64,000 nt of DNA from NCBI GenBank assembly GCA_051362555.1, contig CM120642.1, forward strand, positions 33,542,001 to 33,606,000, read 5' to 3'. This document shows positions 39,216-51,607 of the stretch, in pieces (within the stretch, counting starts at the first letter, position 1; every line of letters starts with the position of its first letter). Source of the DNA: Lingula anatina (taxonomy: Eukaryota; Animalia; Brachiopoda). The notes under the pieces were generated by a model. It was not told the origin of the DNA. It saw nothing but the letters and a program-made list of their open reading frames with translations, and searched no databases. The position numbers were made by a program, and so were the translations under genes.

Positions 39216-40370
39216 GTAAAACTGTGACGTCAGCCAGCACCATCAGCGTATGACTTCCACTGAAACGCTAATCACAGCGTGTCCCCGTGTCCTGCTCACC
39301 GATGGAATTCCAGCGCGAGGAAAATAAAAACCGACTTACTTTAATAAAATATAAAAATATTTTACAATATACGGAAGCGAGACTTTCAAAATGCAGAAGT
39401 GGAGCCAACTGCTAGTGTTTTATCCACCAGTCGTTTCATCATCGAAATCAATTCTACGGTTCGATTTCGAAAGACACTAAAACGACCAAATTCAGTAACT
39501 CTACAAAACAATTTTCCAACTAAGTGTTATATGAGAAAGATTTTGAATTTACGAATATAAATACAACCCGACATTACTAGTATGTAAAGAAACCATGCGG
39601 AGGAACATGGAGAACGAAAACCTGTTTAAATGTTTTCCACTGCGCCCTTGTTCCCGTCTTGTGTGCATAAGATACCGTTTCCGGCACCTTTTTTTTCTCA
39701 ACCGGAATTTACATTGAAATAATCAAATAGTTATACGTTAAGTAAAAAGATGGGAACAAACAAAACGCCATTAGTCTAAAACATGAGCTGTACAAAGATA
39801 ATTGATTTTATTTATATTTAGCTTGTTCAAGTGCACTTAAATGAATGTATGTATACTGTTAGAGTAGTATTTGAGATAATATCAATAACACAAAGATCTG
39901 CAAATCACAGTTTACCAGTCCACCGAGCTATGTTTAAAGGTCCGAACTAAGCTTTTTTGACAATATATTATTTTGAGGCTCCAATTGTTCTCAACACTAT
40001 AAAATGCAAACGTATGTAGGAGTCGCCATTACTAACGCTCCAAATAATCAAACGTGCACAATATGGACCATTTAAAGATAAGGGCTAGTTTTAAATAAAC
40101 TTTTGTAAAAATTGTTGGAATGTTGAACTTATTACATCATTTACCTCTCCTTCGCGGTATTTTAAAGCTGTAAAATAATTGAATTATGAATTTATTCATT
40201 TGTTTAATTATTTAAGTTTATTTATTGAGCGTACAAACATGGTAACTATACATAAAATGTATCTTAACTATGGCTTTCAATTTTCTCTAATAATGAAAAT
40301 TATAGTTTGAAAATATATCACCATATTTCAGTGGAGTAACACCTTTGAAATGGAAATGATTTCTATATCA

Positions 40371-40430
40371 TGTGTGTGTGTGTACGTGTGTGTGTGCGTG
40401 TGTGTGTGCGTGTGCGTGTGTGTGTGTGTG
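40371..40430. repeat. (GT)n microsatellite, interrupted
   Basis: tgtgtg run with occasional gc/ac interruptions. Confidence 0.9.
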
Positions 40431-40651
40431 TTTCACATTGTTTATATACATTCTGTGATGTTTTTTTCAATGTAGCTCTTGATGTTACCTGGTACTGAGG
40501 TACCGATTGTCCACAAACAAATGGTTGCACTCTGTGACATCAGCCCACGTGAATTTACCTGATGACTTACAGGTAACAGCCAATACAGGTCATTTTACAC
40601 CAGATCAATTGTTCACTTCATCAACATTGTCCTGTAAAAATATTGCATGAT

Positions 40652-40753
40652 GACTTGTGAAGATTCTTTTGTCTATAGCTATTTATATGAAATATTGGAT
40701 GGTAAGATCAAACTAATATAAATAGCTATAGACAAAAAGAATCTTCACAAGTC
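40652..40753. repeat. Inverted repeat / foldback element (~37-bp arms)
   Basis: gacttgtgaagattcttttgtctatagctatttatat ... atataaatagctatagacaaaaagaatcttcacaagtc; direct repeat attgcatgatga at 40642 and 40790. Confidence 0.8.
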
Positions 40754-41338
40754 TATTACAATAACATAGCTAATGAAACTGTTCTACACATTGCATGATG
40801 AATATTTACACCATTTGAATGTTTAAAAAAGCGAATCCTTTGTTAGCAGGTGTATATTTGCATGTCCCTATAGGGTGACATCTAACATAATAACAGCAAC
40901 AAAGCGTAAATATATTCTATTATAAAACTGAAGATGTTAAGTGTTAAAAGCGAAAATAATCCATTGCTCTTGAGTAGCCCCTGTATTACACCATATTCAA
41001 ATGATAAAAGCTGCGACTCAACATACTCTGAGAGAAATACTTCAATATTGATTTTACTCGGCAGTTACCTTGGAGATAATTTCCTTTTGGATTTTCAAGA
41101 GCAAAGACATTATGCCTTTGTCAATAAACTAAAAGTGTTTTTATTCACAGATGACAAACTGAAAACAAAAAAAAGAATCACGGAATAGAAAAGTCGAATT
41201 TGTATCAAGATACTGACGTTGATTAATTGATTATAACTGAAATATAAAGCAATTCTGCAAAAGTTCTGACATATACAACTTTGTGTTGCGGTAAAGCAAA
41301 TAGAGGTAAATTCTGACTTGCAATATCCCGAACAAAGT

Positions 41339-43270
41339 ATGTATTTTAACCAGTATTTCCGCTTACTGGTATTAGATGTGGTTGCTGTCTTCCATTTAAT
41401 ACCCATTGGTGCAAATCGCTACGAGCTTCTGCACATCCAGAAGGGTTTTCGGCTGGTCAATGGAGTTTACAATGGCAGGCAGCGTTTGACATACAACGTT
41501 TGCTCTCAGTTAGAGTGTGCTGTGAGATGTCTCTCTCTTGCGCCCGACAACTGTATATCAGTAAACTACAGTCCAGCAAACAGGACTTGTGAAATAAACG
41601 ATAAAACGACATACGAAGACGCTTTTACTTTGCCAGTGGTAGACAAGGACTGGAAACTTTTAAACACAGAGCGAGGTAATAAGTTTTTTTTCTATCGACA
41701 TTCGCACATCACCTGTAAAAATTCATTTATGTAAGAATACATCACTCTGTTTAAAGGGTGTTCTAAACGTTAATTTTTGAGAAGAGGCGATATATGGAAA
41801 ATCACCCAAAAGTACACGTTATCACTCTAACAATCAATGAACATTTTAATTTTGGGATTTTAATGAGATTAAATGGTACACAGAGAACGTCACTAAGAAC
41901 CTTTGTGACTGAATTACCGAATAGGAATCGCATTTATGGCTCGTTCACATACCCACTGTACTGAAATATTTCGTATAAAAATTAAAATTTAAACTTTTAT
42001 CTTCCATTTTACCAGCCTTGCCTAAATCTTGCACGTATCTGACACGGTTCAACGCCACTAGCGGCGTCTATTGGGTTGACCCAGATGGCGTTGGAGGTGT
42101 GGCTGCTTTCGAGGTGTATTGTAATATGTCAAGTACACCACCCACTGTGACTTTTCACCATGATTATGAAGACAGGACCCACGTCAGCGGCTATGACCCG
42201 CCTTTGTCCTATTTCATCAGTCTCATGTACAACGGTGGGTTCTTTGCTCATACTATATTACCTCCCCCACCTCTCTAAATCCCCCTATTTTTCCTCCGGG
42301 CAAGAGGTAATTTACGAAACACCATTTCTACAAACGTTATTCAAACGCTTCAATTTCATTGAATACATCCGAACTTACATTAATTTATCTTAGTAATATT
42401 ATACGATAATCAATTATTTTAATTAAAAATTAAAATTAAAATTTTAACATATTTATTAATTATCAATAAATAATCATATTTTCCTTTGCGAAAAATTATT
42501 CCACGATCATTTTTGAAAGTGAGAGGACAGTTGTACTGAGGGTTCCAAGATAATGTTATCAGAGATAAATTGGACCATTGTACTGCTGGTTCCGGAAAAA
42601 AGAAAGGGGGCTGGACACCTTCCTTTGATTATCTAAAAGTACCGGGTATATCCGTTTTTATCAATTATTTTACAAGCAAAGATGAAAACAGAGTGTTTTG
42701 TGTTTCAGTTAGTATAAGGCAGATAGCAGCGTACGTGGATGTCCCTGTAGTCAACTGCAGTCAACATATCCTTTATGAATGCTACGGGTCTAGAATAGTC
42801 AATCATTCTGCCTGGTATGATCGACACGGACAGCAAGCGCAATTTTGGGCAGGCGGCGAACCACTTGGTGACCCATATAACTGCGCATGTGCCAAAAATG
42901 GCACTTGTGGAAGAGCTAAAGACAGTAAGTAACGGTTAAGTAGACTACAGTGTTATTGTACCTGTTGTGCAATACTTTGAATCAGTGTCTTATGCACCCA
43001 TATTGATTCCTTCAGTTTAGTTTGTAAGAAACGATGACATAAACAGCAAAATATATTTCAGTTAAATGTGTTTTGTGCAAAATTGATGTTAACCATTTAA
43101 AATATCTTTCAGATTGCCACTGTGACAGAAATAACCAAGTGTGGAGATCGGACGGAGGTGATGTCACAGAGCCAGGTTATCTCCCTGTCACCGGGGTTGC
43201 GTTTGGAGACACAGGAGGTGCAAATGAAGAAGGTTACCATACCATCGGACCGCTCGTGTGCCACGGATAG
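41339..43270 (+). CDS. Gene D: secreted SP-PAN/Apple-CasprFBG protein, 4 exons, ~309 aa
   Basis: Exons 41339-41675, 42016-42234, 42709-42924, 43113-43270; 930 nt, GT-AG, all introns phase 1. Confidence 0.86.
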
Positions 43271-44893
43271 AAAAGTGCCTCTGGACGCTTATCCCATGCT
43301 CAGGAATAACGGCCAAATGCATATTGCGACACTGTACTCTATATAAATATTGACTTTGGCTTATGTCACATCTTGGCTAGGTTCAAACTGGAACTAGTTA
43401 ATTGACTGAGGCGGATGGTGGATGTTGAACCTATTGATAGCTGAGAGGAGCATCAAAGACAAAGGATATAACTACTGTGGTTTAGATGTTTAATGTTTTA
43501 AATTTAATACTTAAAAACACACAGGCTCACATACGTTTCTTTTCACAAGAGAAATGGGAGGGGAGTTGAGATATATGGTGGTCTTAAAATGGATCAATAG
43601 TGCTCTAAGTTGTTTGTAGATTAACCAGATGACATAAAATCTGATTCCCTAATATCCTTAGCGCTAAGAAGGGAGGGGGGTAAGAACCCTGAGCCCCCTG
43701 ACCCCTCCCCTAGATCCGCCACTGGAGACAGTAGATCTGAATTAATCTGTTTATATATACAATACAACCTTGCAATCCTGAGACACGCACACTTTCAGTT
43801 CATTGTGCCATTTGCCACAGGTGCTGTACTATCGTAGGTTATACAAGGAATATGGTCACTTCTCTGGTACGTTACACATGAAACACAACCGCTTCGGTAC
43901 TTTTTCCAGAGATCAACTACTAACTGACTGATACATGTACCTACGTTTATTCCCATGGCTGAGTGATCTGGAGTCTCTTAAGGCAGCACGGATAGCTATG
44001 GGTGCAACTGAACAAACTTTCTGTAGTGTCTTTACAAAATGTTTTCTATATATATATATATATATTGTCACCTGTAGTATATAGGAGATGAAGCACATAA
44101 AATGTATCAAAGTGATTCCTATTAAATATCGAGGCCAAAGAAGACAATTTAACACAATTAAATTGATAGTGATTTTAACTTGAACTAGGAGCTGAGGCCA
44201 TTAATTAAGTTACTCAATCACATTAAAACTGAAAGCATACTTGAAATGATTTTAATTCTTTTAACTAAATAAAATACATCATAAGGTTCAGGTAAATGAT
44301 AACCACTCAGACGCTTAAATAATTGTACAAAACTTTGACACAATTTGATTGAAATAGAAGGTTTTTCTAAGATGTAATTTTGTCATGAAATCACCACCAT
44401 GAAACCACTATGACAGCGCAGTAAAGTCGTATATGACTTTCTGTAAAATTTGTTCGACATCATAAGTGGCTACGCAGAAGTATTCTATTCTGTAACTGCA
44501 TATATTGATAATTACAAGTAAAATAAATTCTCAGCTTTTGAGGAACTCCTATATTTAACTATATTGAAATGAAAATAGCTGCAATTCAACACATTCTGCG
44601 AGAAACAATGTTATATTGATTTACCCAACAGTTGCTTTGGAAAAAACTTCCTTTCGGAGTACAAAAATGTTGTTACTTTGTCAATAAACTAAGCGTTTTT
44701 ATTAGCAAACGGCAATGAAATAAACTAAAGAAAACTACATCAATAACAAAGTCCAACTTATGGTAAGATACTGAAGTTGAGTAATCGATTATAACTGAAA
44801 TAGAAGGAAATTCTGGGAGAAGTTCTGAAATACACAGCCATTTGCTGTGTGCTGCCGCGGGAATTATTATTTTGAAATCTCCTGAACAAAGTG

Positions 44894-46946
44894 ATGTATG
44901 TTAATCAGTATTTCTACTTTTTGGCATTCGTTCTGGTTAGCGCATTCCATTCCCAGCCTACCGGTGCATATCGTTACGAGCTTCTTCACATCCAGAAAGG
45001 TTTTCGGCTGGAAAATGGAGTCCATAATGGCACTCAATATTTTACATACAATGTTCACTCTAAGATAGACTGCTCCAAGAGATGTCTTTCCCTTGGTCCT
45101 GTGAGGTGTAAATCGGTGAACTACAGTCCAGCAAACGGGACTTGTGAAATAAACGATAAAACGACATACGAAGACGCTTTTACGTTGCCAGTGGCAGACA
45201 AAGACTGGGAACTTTTCAACACAGAGCGAGGTAGTAGGAATTTTTTAGTGACACGTTTTCTTTTTGTCTGCAGGCCCTCATAACGTTTCAAAGTTCTGTT
45301 TATGTTAGAAGTATTCATCATTCCAGATCATTGTCTTTCAAGGAATTAGACTGACACATATACAAACAATATTTCTGTGTGTAATTTCGAGTAATTTTGC
45401 TGTAATTTTGCTGTATAAGAATGTAAATAGAAGGCTTACTTGAAAAAGGGATGAAGGCAAGTAGTATGCAGTGAGGAAAACACTAAAACTGTTTCTGAAG
45501 TTCTTTCTTAAATGAGCCGTGCCTGGATTGGTACTGGAAACCTTTTTTTCGTAAGAAAATTAATATTTATTAATTTATTGTCCATTTTGCCAGCCTTACC
45601 TATATCTTGCACATTTCTGAGACGGTTCAACGCCACTAGCGGCCTCTATTGGGTTGACCCAGATGGCGGTGGAGGTGTGGCTGCTTTCGAGGTGTATTGT
45701 AATATGTCAACTACACCACCCACTGTGACTTTTCACCATGATTATGAAGACAGGACGCACGTTAATGGCTACGAAAACCGCAGGTCCTACTTTATCAGTC
45801 TAATGTATAACGGTGAGTATATTGTCTGTACAATGTATGCCACCCCCACCTCTCTAACTCCCCCACCCCACCCTCCTTTTTCCCTGGGCAAATAAGGGGT
45901 AATTCAAGAAGCACTATTCCTATGAATATTTTCTTAAGGGTTCAATTTCATTGAATAAATCTTAAATATAATTGAATTCATGCGAAGTATATTATACGAT
46001 CACTTTATCTATTACCACACTTTCCTTTGCTGGGACTTTTTTCTCTATAAAGTTGAGAGTAGAATTATATTGCCAGTTTCACAAAAACATTACCAAAAAA
46101 TAACAGGAGCAATTGCACTTGTGCCTCTACAATAGCATTATAAAAGATAACGGGGACCATTGCACTGGCGGTTTCACAACAACATTATTTTTAGGATCAT
46201 TTTACTGGCGGTTCCACAATAATATTATGGTTAGGACCTTTGTACTGGCGGTTCCAGAATAACAATATGGTTAGGACCATTGTACTTGTAGTTCCAGAAT
46301 AAGAGAAATGAGGCCAGGCACCTTCCTTGGGTCATCTATAATGTATATTTGTATTTTATAAACACAGTCCTTAAAACTGACAAAGGTTGTTTTGTGTTTC
46401 AGTCAGCATCAGACAGATAGCGGCGTACGTGGATGTCCCCGTAGTCAACTGCAGCCAACATATCATCTATGAATGCTACGGGTCTGTCATTCGCAATCAT
46501 GCTGCCTGGTATGATCGATACAGACAGCAAGCGCCATTTTGGGCTGGCGGGGATCCACTTGGTGACCCAGATAACTGCGCATGCTCCAAAGATGGCTCCT
46601 GTGAAAACGATGCGGAAGGTAAATAACACATAAATAAACTGACATCTACAGCTGACCTGACGTGCAATAATTTGTAAAACAAAATAATCAAAGGCATCCA
46701 TTGGTTATTTACTTCATCCAATTCAACTTACAAGTTGTAAGAAACGGTGACATACATGTATACATTGAAACCGGTGTATATATTTCAGATTGCAACTGTG
46801 ACAAGAATGCAGGGCCATGGACGTCAGACGGAGGTGACGTCACAGAGCCTGGTTATCTCCCTGTCACCGGGGTTGCGTTTGGAGACACAGGAGGTGCAAA
46901 TGAGGAAGGTTACCATACTATCGGGCCGCTCGTGTGCCAAGGATAG
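44894..46946 (+). CDS. Gene E: secreted SP-PAN/Apple-CasprFBG protein, 4 exons, ~309 aa (tandem paralogue of D)
   Basis: Exons 44894-45230, 45594-45812, 46403-46618, 46789-46946; 930 nt, GT-AG. The upstream region is also homologous to that of D. Confidence 0.88.
46153..46301. repeat. ~39-bp tandem repeat, about 4 copies, in gene E intron 2
   Basis: ggacc(a/t)ttgtactggcggttccacaataat... repeated imperfectly. Confidence 0.7.
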
Positions 46947-47652
46947 ATATATAGATATATATATACTCTTACCCCCATGCTCTGGAGTAACTTTCGTGTA
47001 CATATTAAACGTAGACTTCAAACCGTCTAGTGTAACTCAAATTGTGAACCATTAGGAATGACGTCATCAGTGGGGTGCCAGCTCCGCAGCTGTCTCCATT
47101 GTGCTGTGCGACCGGCAACTATTGTTATTGAAAACGAGGCAGCTTATATTTTATTTGAAAAAAATATGTTGTTGCATTACCAGTTTTATTATCTACAATA
47201 TTTTATAGTACACCCTGTAGGAAACAAACGTCCTATGGGATTTTGGGCTAATTTCCTATAAAACACTGTATAGGACCAATAGAAAATTTCTGCTACTCAG
47301 TCCATCTGGATTTAGTGGTATTTTAGGTAATTAAAAATCGTCGTATTATATTGTCATCTTATAAATCGCATACAATTTACACAGAGTTTTACGTGTATAT
47401 AAATAGTTTATTAATAATTCCTTGAGGTAGAGATTTATCTACAGGTTCACTCAAAAAGCCTTTAAGTATAAAATGATAAAGCCAGCAGTTACATTTGATA
47501 TCAACATACACCCGAGATTTATAAAGTCTTTTATTCTGTTAAAATGTACTTAAAATGTACTTAACTTCTTTGAAAATTATTTGTTTTTGCTTGCTCTCTG
47601 AAATGTTTTATAACGGTCCCATTAAAACCTTTTCCTTCGGAACATCTCTGCT

Positions 47653-50600
47653 CTACTCAAAATCTAAAGCAAATGGTAAATCTTTTAGTTCCTCTCCAAG
47701 ACGTTTTTCAAACTCCAGATTTTGCTCTGTCGTGAAAAAATTCTTCCAGTTCCCTACAGTACCTAATAAAATAAAGAATTCTGAAGTTGCATGAAGAATA
47801 GAATTAGATTCCATAATAACTGATACAAGATAGATTGCAAACATGTATTTTTTCGTAATCATTTTCATACGTTTCAATATGAAAATATGTGATGTAAAAG
47901 AGATGCATCAGGCAATAAAGATATGACACAATGTACAAGTTTATGAGTCGTGCCATGGATATTTTGGTAGCATGTACACGTATGTTTTTCAGTTTAAAAA
48001 ATAGCTTCAGAATGATAAATATTATGTTTTTTTTATGGATATAACACGTGAAAGCAGTAATATTTTCCAATTTTTGAACTTTTTTAAACTTACCGTTTCG
48101 GTAAAACAATTCATACTTTTGTCTTTTTCTGACCTTATTTTTCTTCATGTTAGCAAAAGAACATTTTATGGCTAAACTCTGGTAAAACGATTCTTCACGT
48201 TTGAATCCGATAAACTGAGCTATTTTCCGAACTTCAGATAAAGGTTCCTGAAATATTTAATGATAATGCATGTATTAGCCTTATGGTCCTTACTAAAAGT
48301 TAAATCACTGAACAAACCAAAATACATAAAAAAATTTTGGTGATCACATCAGTGGTGTTACGTTTTCAATAACTTTTTTGAGCTTTTTTGTGCTTTCAAC
48401 TCAAATCAAACCACATTATTTTGATTCGGGCACTTTTAATACATCTTCAGTATAATTATATTACGTTTAAACAGAAAGTCCTGGTTTTACTGTTTATGTG
48501 ATTCTTAATTGCAAGGAAACATCAGCAATACATAACGGGTCAACTTTATAGATCCACATTTAATGACATATCAATGAATCGTCATCACATCGTAACTAAG
48601 GTCGATGAGCCACTGTTACAACTGAACGACAGAATGCAACCCAACAAAGATGCATGTAAAACTACTAACGTTATACCTGTCATTTGGAAATTACTACGAG
48701 TCGTAGCTAACGACACCCGCCCGTTTACGTACCTTCACGAGGTTCTCATACTTCACGATAAGAAAGTTTGGTTTATCTTTCATGACAGCTAACCAGTCTT
48801 TTACGTGATCGATCCACCTACCATAGCCCGCTGCAAAAATATCATACATAATAAGGTGTACATTGTGTTACGTCATCTACAATATCTGAAAAAGAGAGCT
48901 TGTGAGTTTCAGAGAGAGAGAGAAAAAGAGAGAGTGAGAGGGAGAGAGAGAGTTAGTTGGGGTTGGGTCGCCATGCATGAACTTACCATGACCGCGGTAA
49001 ACCAACTCCAGAAAGTCTTCAAACACTCCTTTAAACCCACTTAAATTCTTTCTGTGAAAGTAATAAGACACGAAGACGTCTTTGGGGTTCCGTATGAGAT
49101 ATAAAAACTTGGAAACGTTTCTTGCTTCTGTGGAGAAGAATCTGGAAATACGAACGATATGAATATAGTGGAAATTCTGCACCAAAATACCTGATAGAGT
49201 CTTTTCAATTCGTTGCTTATAGTACTACAACAAATAGTGACTGAAATGTTTTAAACTACCAAAAGTAAAACCATTATAAGTTTGTTCCTCTACGCTAAAC
49301 ACGTGATTCAATAAACGATTTGTGAATAAAAAACGTCAGAGATGGCTCTTTGTTACTTCTTTCATTTAAGCTTTCTTAACAAATGTGTCAATACCCACGT
49401 CTAGCGGTCATCGGTCATACGGAAAAAAACATTGAAATACAATCACCTTGGAGGCACGTGCGTATTCAGAACACGCGGTGACGCCATATTGTCCACGTGA
49501 TCGGGTAGCACCAACTCTGGGCACATGGCTCTCTCCTTCTCCGTTGGGTTCATCTTGAGGGTGTTTCTAACTAGCATTGATACTATTTCCCAGAGAAAAT
49601 GTGTTCCTGTATTCAGTACAGAGAAAAAACAGAAAAATTATCATTGCATTGCAGTTAATTGAAAATTCTAGCAGACTTCGTTTCATCATTTTTTGCTAAA
49701 ACATGAAACAATAGGCGCGTTGAGCAAGTTCATTGTGACATTTTCTCTCATTTGATGTATTAAAACAATAAAAACAAAACAAATAAAAGGATACTTTAAA
49801 GTATTATCAATAAGGGTAATAACCAACCATATTGTTCGGCCCGTGATAGGGTCATATCGAGACAGGGCACTTTGACAGGTTTCTCGATTGCGCGAATGAT
49901 GCAGCTTTCGGCAGGTACAATTATGCCTAGCCACTACTACATATTGCCCGGCCTGTGTTAGGACAGTTGCCATACACATAGGCCTACTTGCATGGTGCCA
50001 TTTGGAAAATTTATCTAAAAAATATACGAAACCCCTCTTTGATCTATGTTTTCATAAACTAGCGTTGTACTTTGTAGCCGTTTTAGAGTAATTACCTGAT
50101 CATGTCGACAGCCAAGCCTTACTAAACATACATACATATCCGCTTACCAGCACTTCAAGCTAAAAATGGCCGGACAGCTTAGTTCCCTTTGCGCATTTAC
50201 GTCACGATTGTGTCAGGTTGTACAACACAATCGGAGTATCCGGAAAGGTATATAAGCTTATTGCACATGCATCCCCTTTGAAAGTATACGCCCCTTGTAA
50301 GCGAAATACAAATGCGATTGTCCTATGGCTGAAAGTGCAGGAGTGACAGAAATGGTAGTCCTAGGAATGAAAGTCCGGGGTTCATAATAATGAGTACAGG
50401 TTAGGGTCAGTGGGAGAATAGTGGTTACTATATGGGATGAATGGTACCTGTGCAAAGTAATGTACAGCGGACTACGGTTCCTAGCGGACTAATATATATC
50501 CTTTCACACAGGCCATGCGGCAAGACGGGGTATAATGATCAATTAACACTTGTACATTTCTACTTCTTCTAACAATATTTACCAAATAGATACTACAATA

Positions 50601-51607
50601 TAATCTGAAAAGCACATGGTGAAAGCCAATTGTTTTCAGCTTTCGCCATTTTATATCAAGACAACCTCGACCTCCAAGCAAGGTAATAACATGATTCATA
50701 AAAAGATACAGTGTTATTTTTTCTTTCTTTTTAGCTTTCGACATCAATAATATAAGTAATGCTAATGATATGCAGGCTCGTTGCCTGAGGCTGGGTAGCA
50801 CAATTTCCCTGTTAAGTGTGGTTCACCTGTTGTTGCCCTTATGACCAGTGCGTGGGCACGGCTGTAACTAGGTAGATGACAGCTATTAGATACGGTAGCT
50901 GCTAACCAAAGAACTATGTTTAAGTTGCTAGTCTTAGTAAGGGGAGACATGTCAGGATTTTTTTAATCAGAACGGTGTAGTCGTTTCATTATCTTTATGA
51001 AATAAGTTAACACAATTCAGCGAAAGGGGGCAACTCAAACTTAACACAGAAAAGGTCGCTGAAGTTTTTGCTTTCGAAGTCTTTCTTTTTAGTCGTTTTG
51101 CATTGTTTGCAGAACCACGGCTATCGACATTTACTTCTAGAAAACCCAGCGTGTGAGAGTCGGACACGCAAATATTGGGTTGCGTTTGCTAAGGCTTTGA
51201 GTTAGCAGGTGAAAACGTGATCGCAAATAGCTATGGATAGCTTTGCTTGCAAGCGGTCGCTATTTGCGATGCTTTCGAGTTATAGAGCCCAAGCCTGGAT
51301 ACGCCTCACCTGATTTGGGATAGTTGATCAACCACACGTCATCCACTCTGGCTTCTGGGGGCTTGCTCAGATAGGCATTCATGTGGACGATAATATCCTT
51401 GTATTCGACGGGGAAAGTGAAGTTGCGATATTTGACCAGTCTTTGTCCAAAACCTCGAGAACTTTTATATTCGACAACTTCTCTCCTTGGTCTATGGAGA
51501 TAGCCCGATATAGGCATTTTCGGCAGCTCTGGATATAGCTGAGAAAAGAGTAGACAAGTGAGCGAGGCTAATGCAGGAATCCATAGTAGTCGCCTGTGCA
51601 ACTGCAT
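47653..51607 (-). CDS. Sulfotransferase of the cytosolic SULT (Sulfotransfer_1) fold with N-terminal hydrophobic segment, 6 exons, ~324 aa
   Basis: Exons 51607-51310, 49606-49447, 49141-48987, 48830-48733, 48247-48094, 47762-47653; 975 nt. Motifs: RVDDVWLINYPKSGTH (5'-PSB), PRVLNTH, RNPKDVFVSYYF (3'-PB), GYGRWIDHVKDW, KYENL, CSFANMK, FYRNGTVGNWKNFFT. Confidence 0.9.

Noticed and set aside
9156-46946. Calling genes A-E CNTNAP/Caspr/Neurexin IV orthologues
   Set aside because: Only the FBG-like (and discoidin) modules are shared. No LamG, EGF, transmembrane or cytoplasmic regions are present, and each gene stops right after the FBG-like domain.
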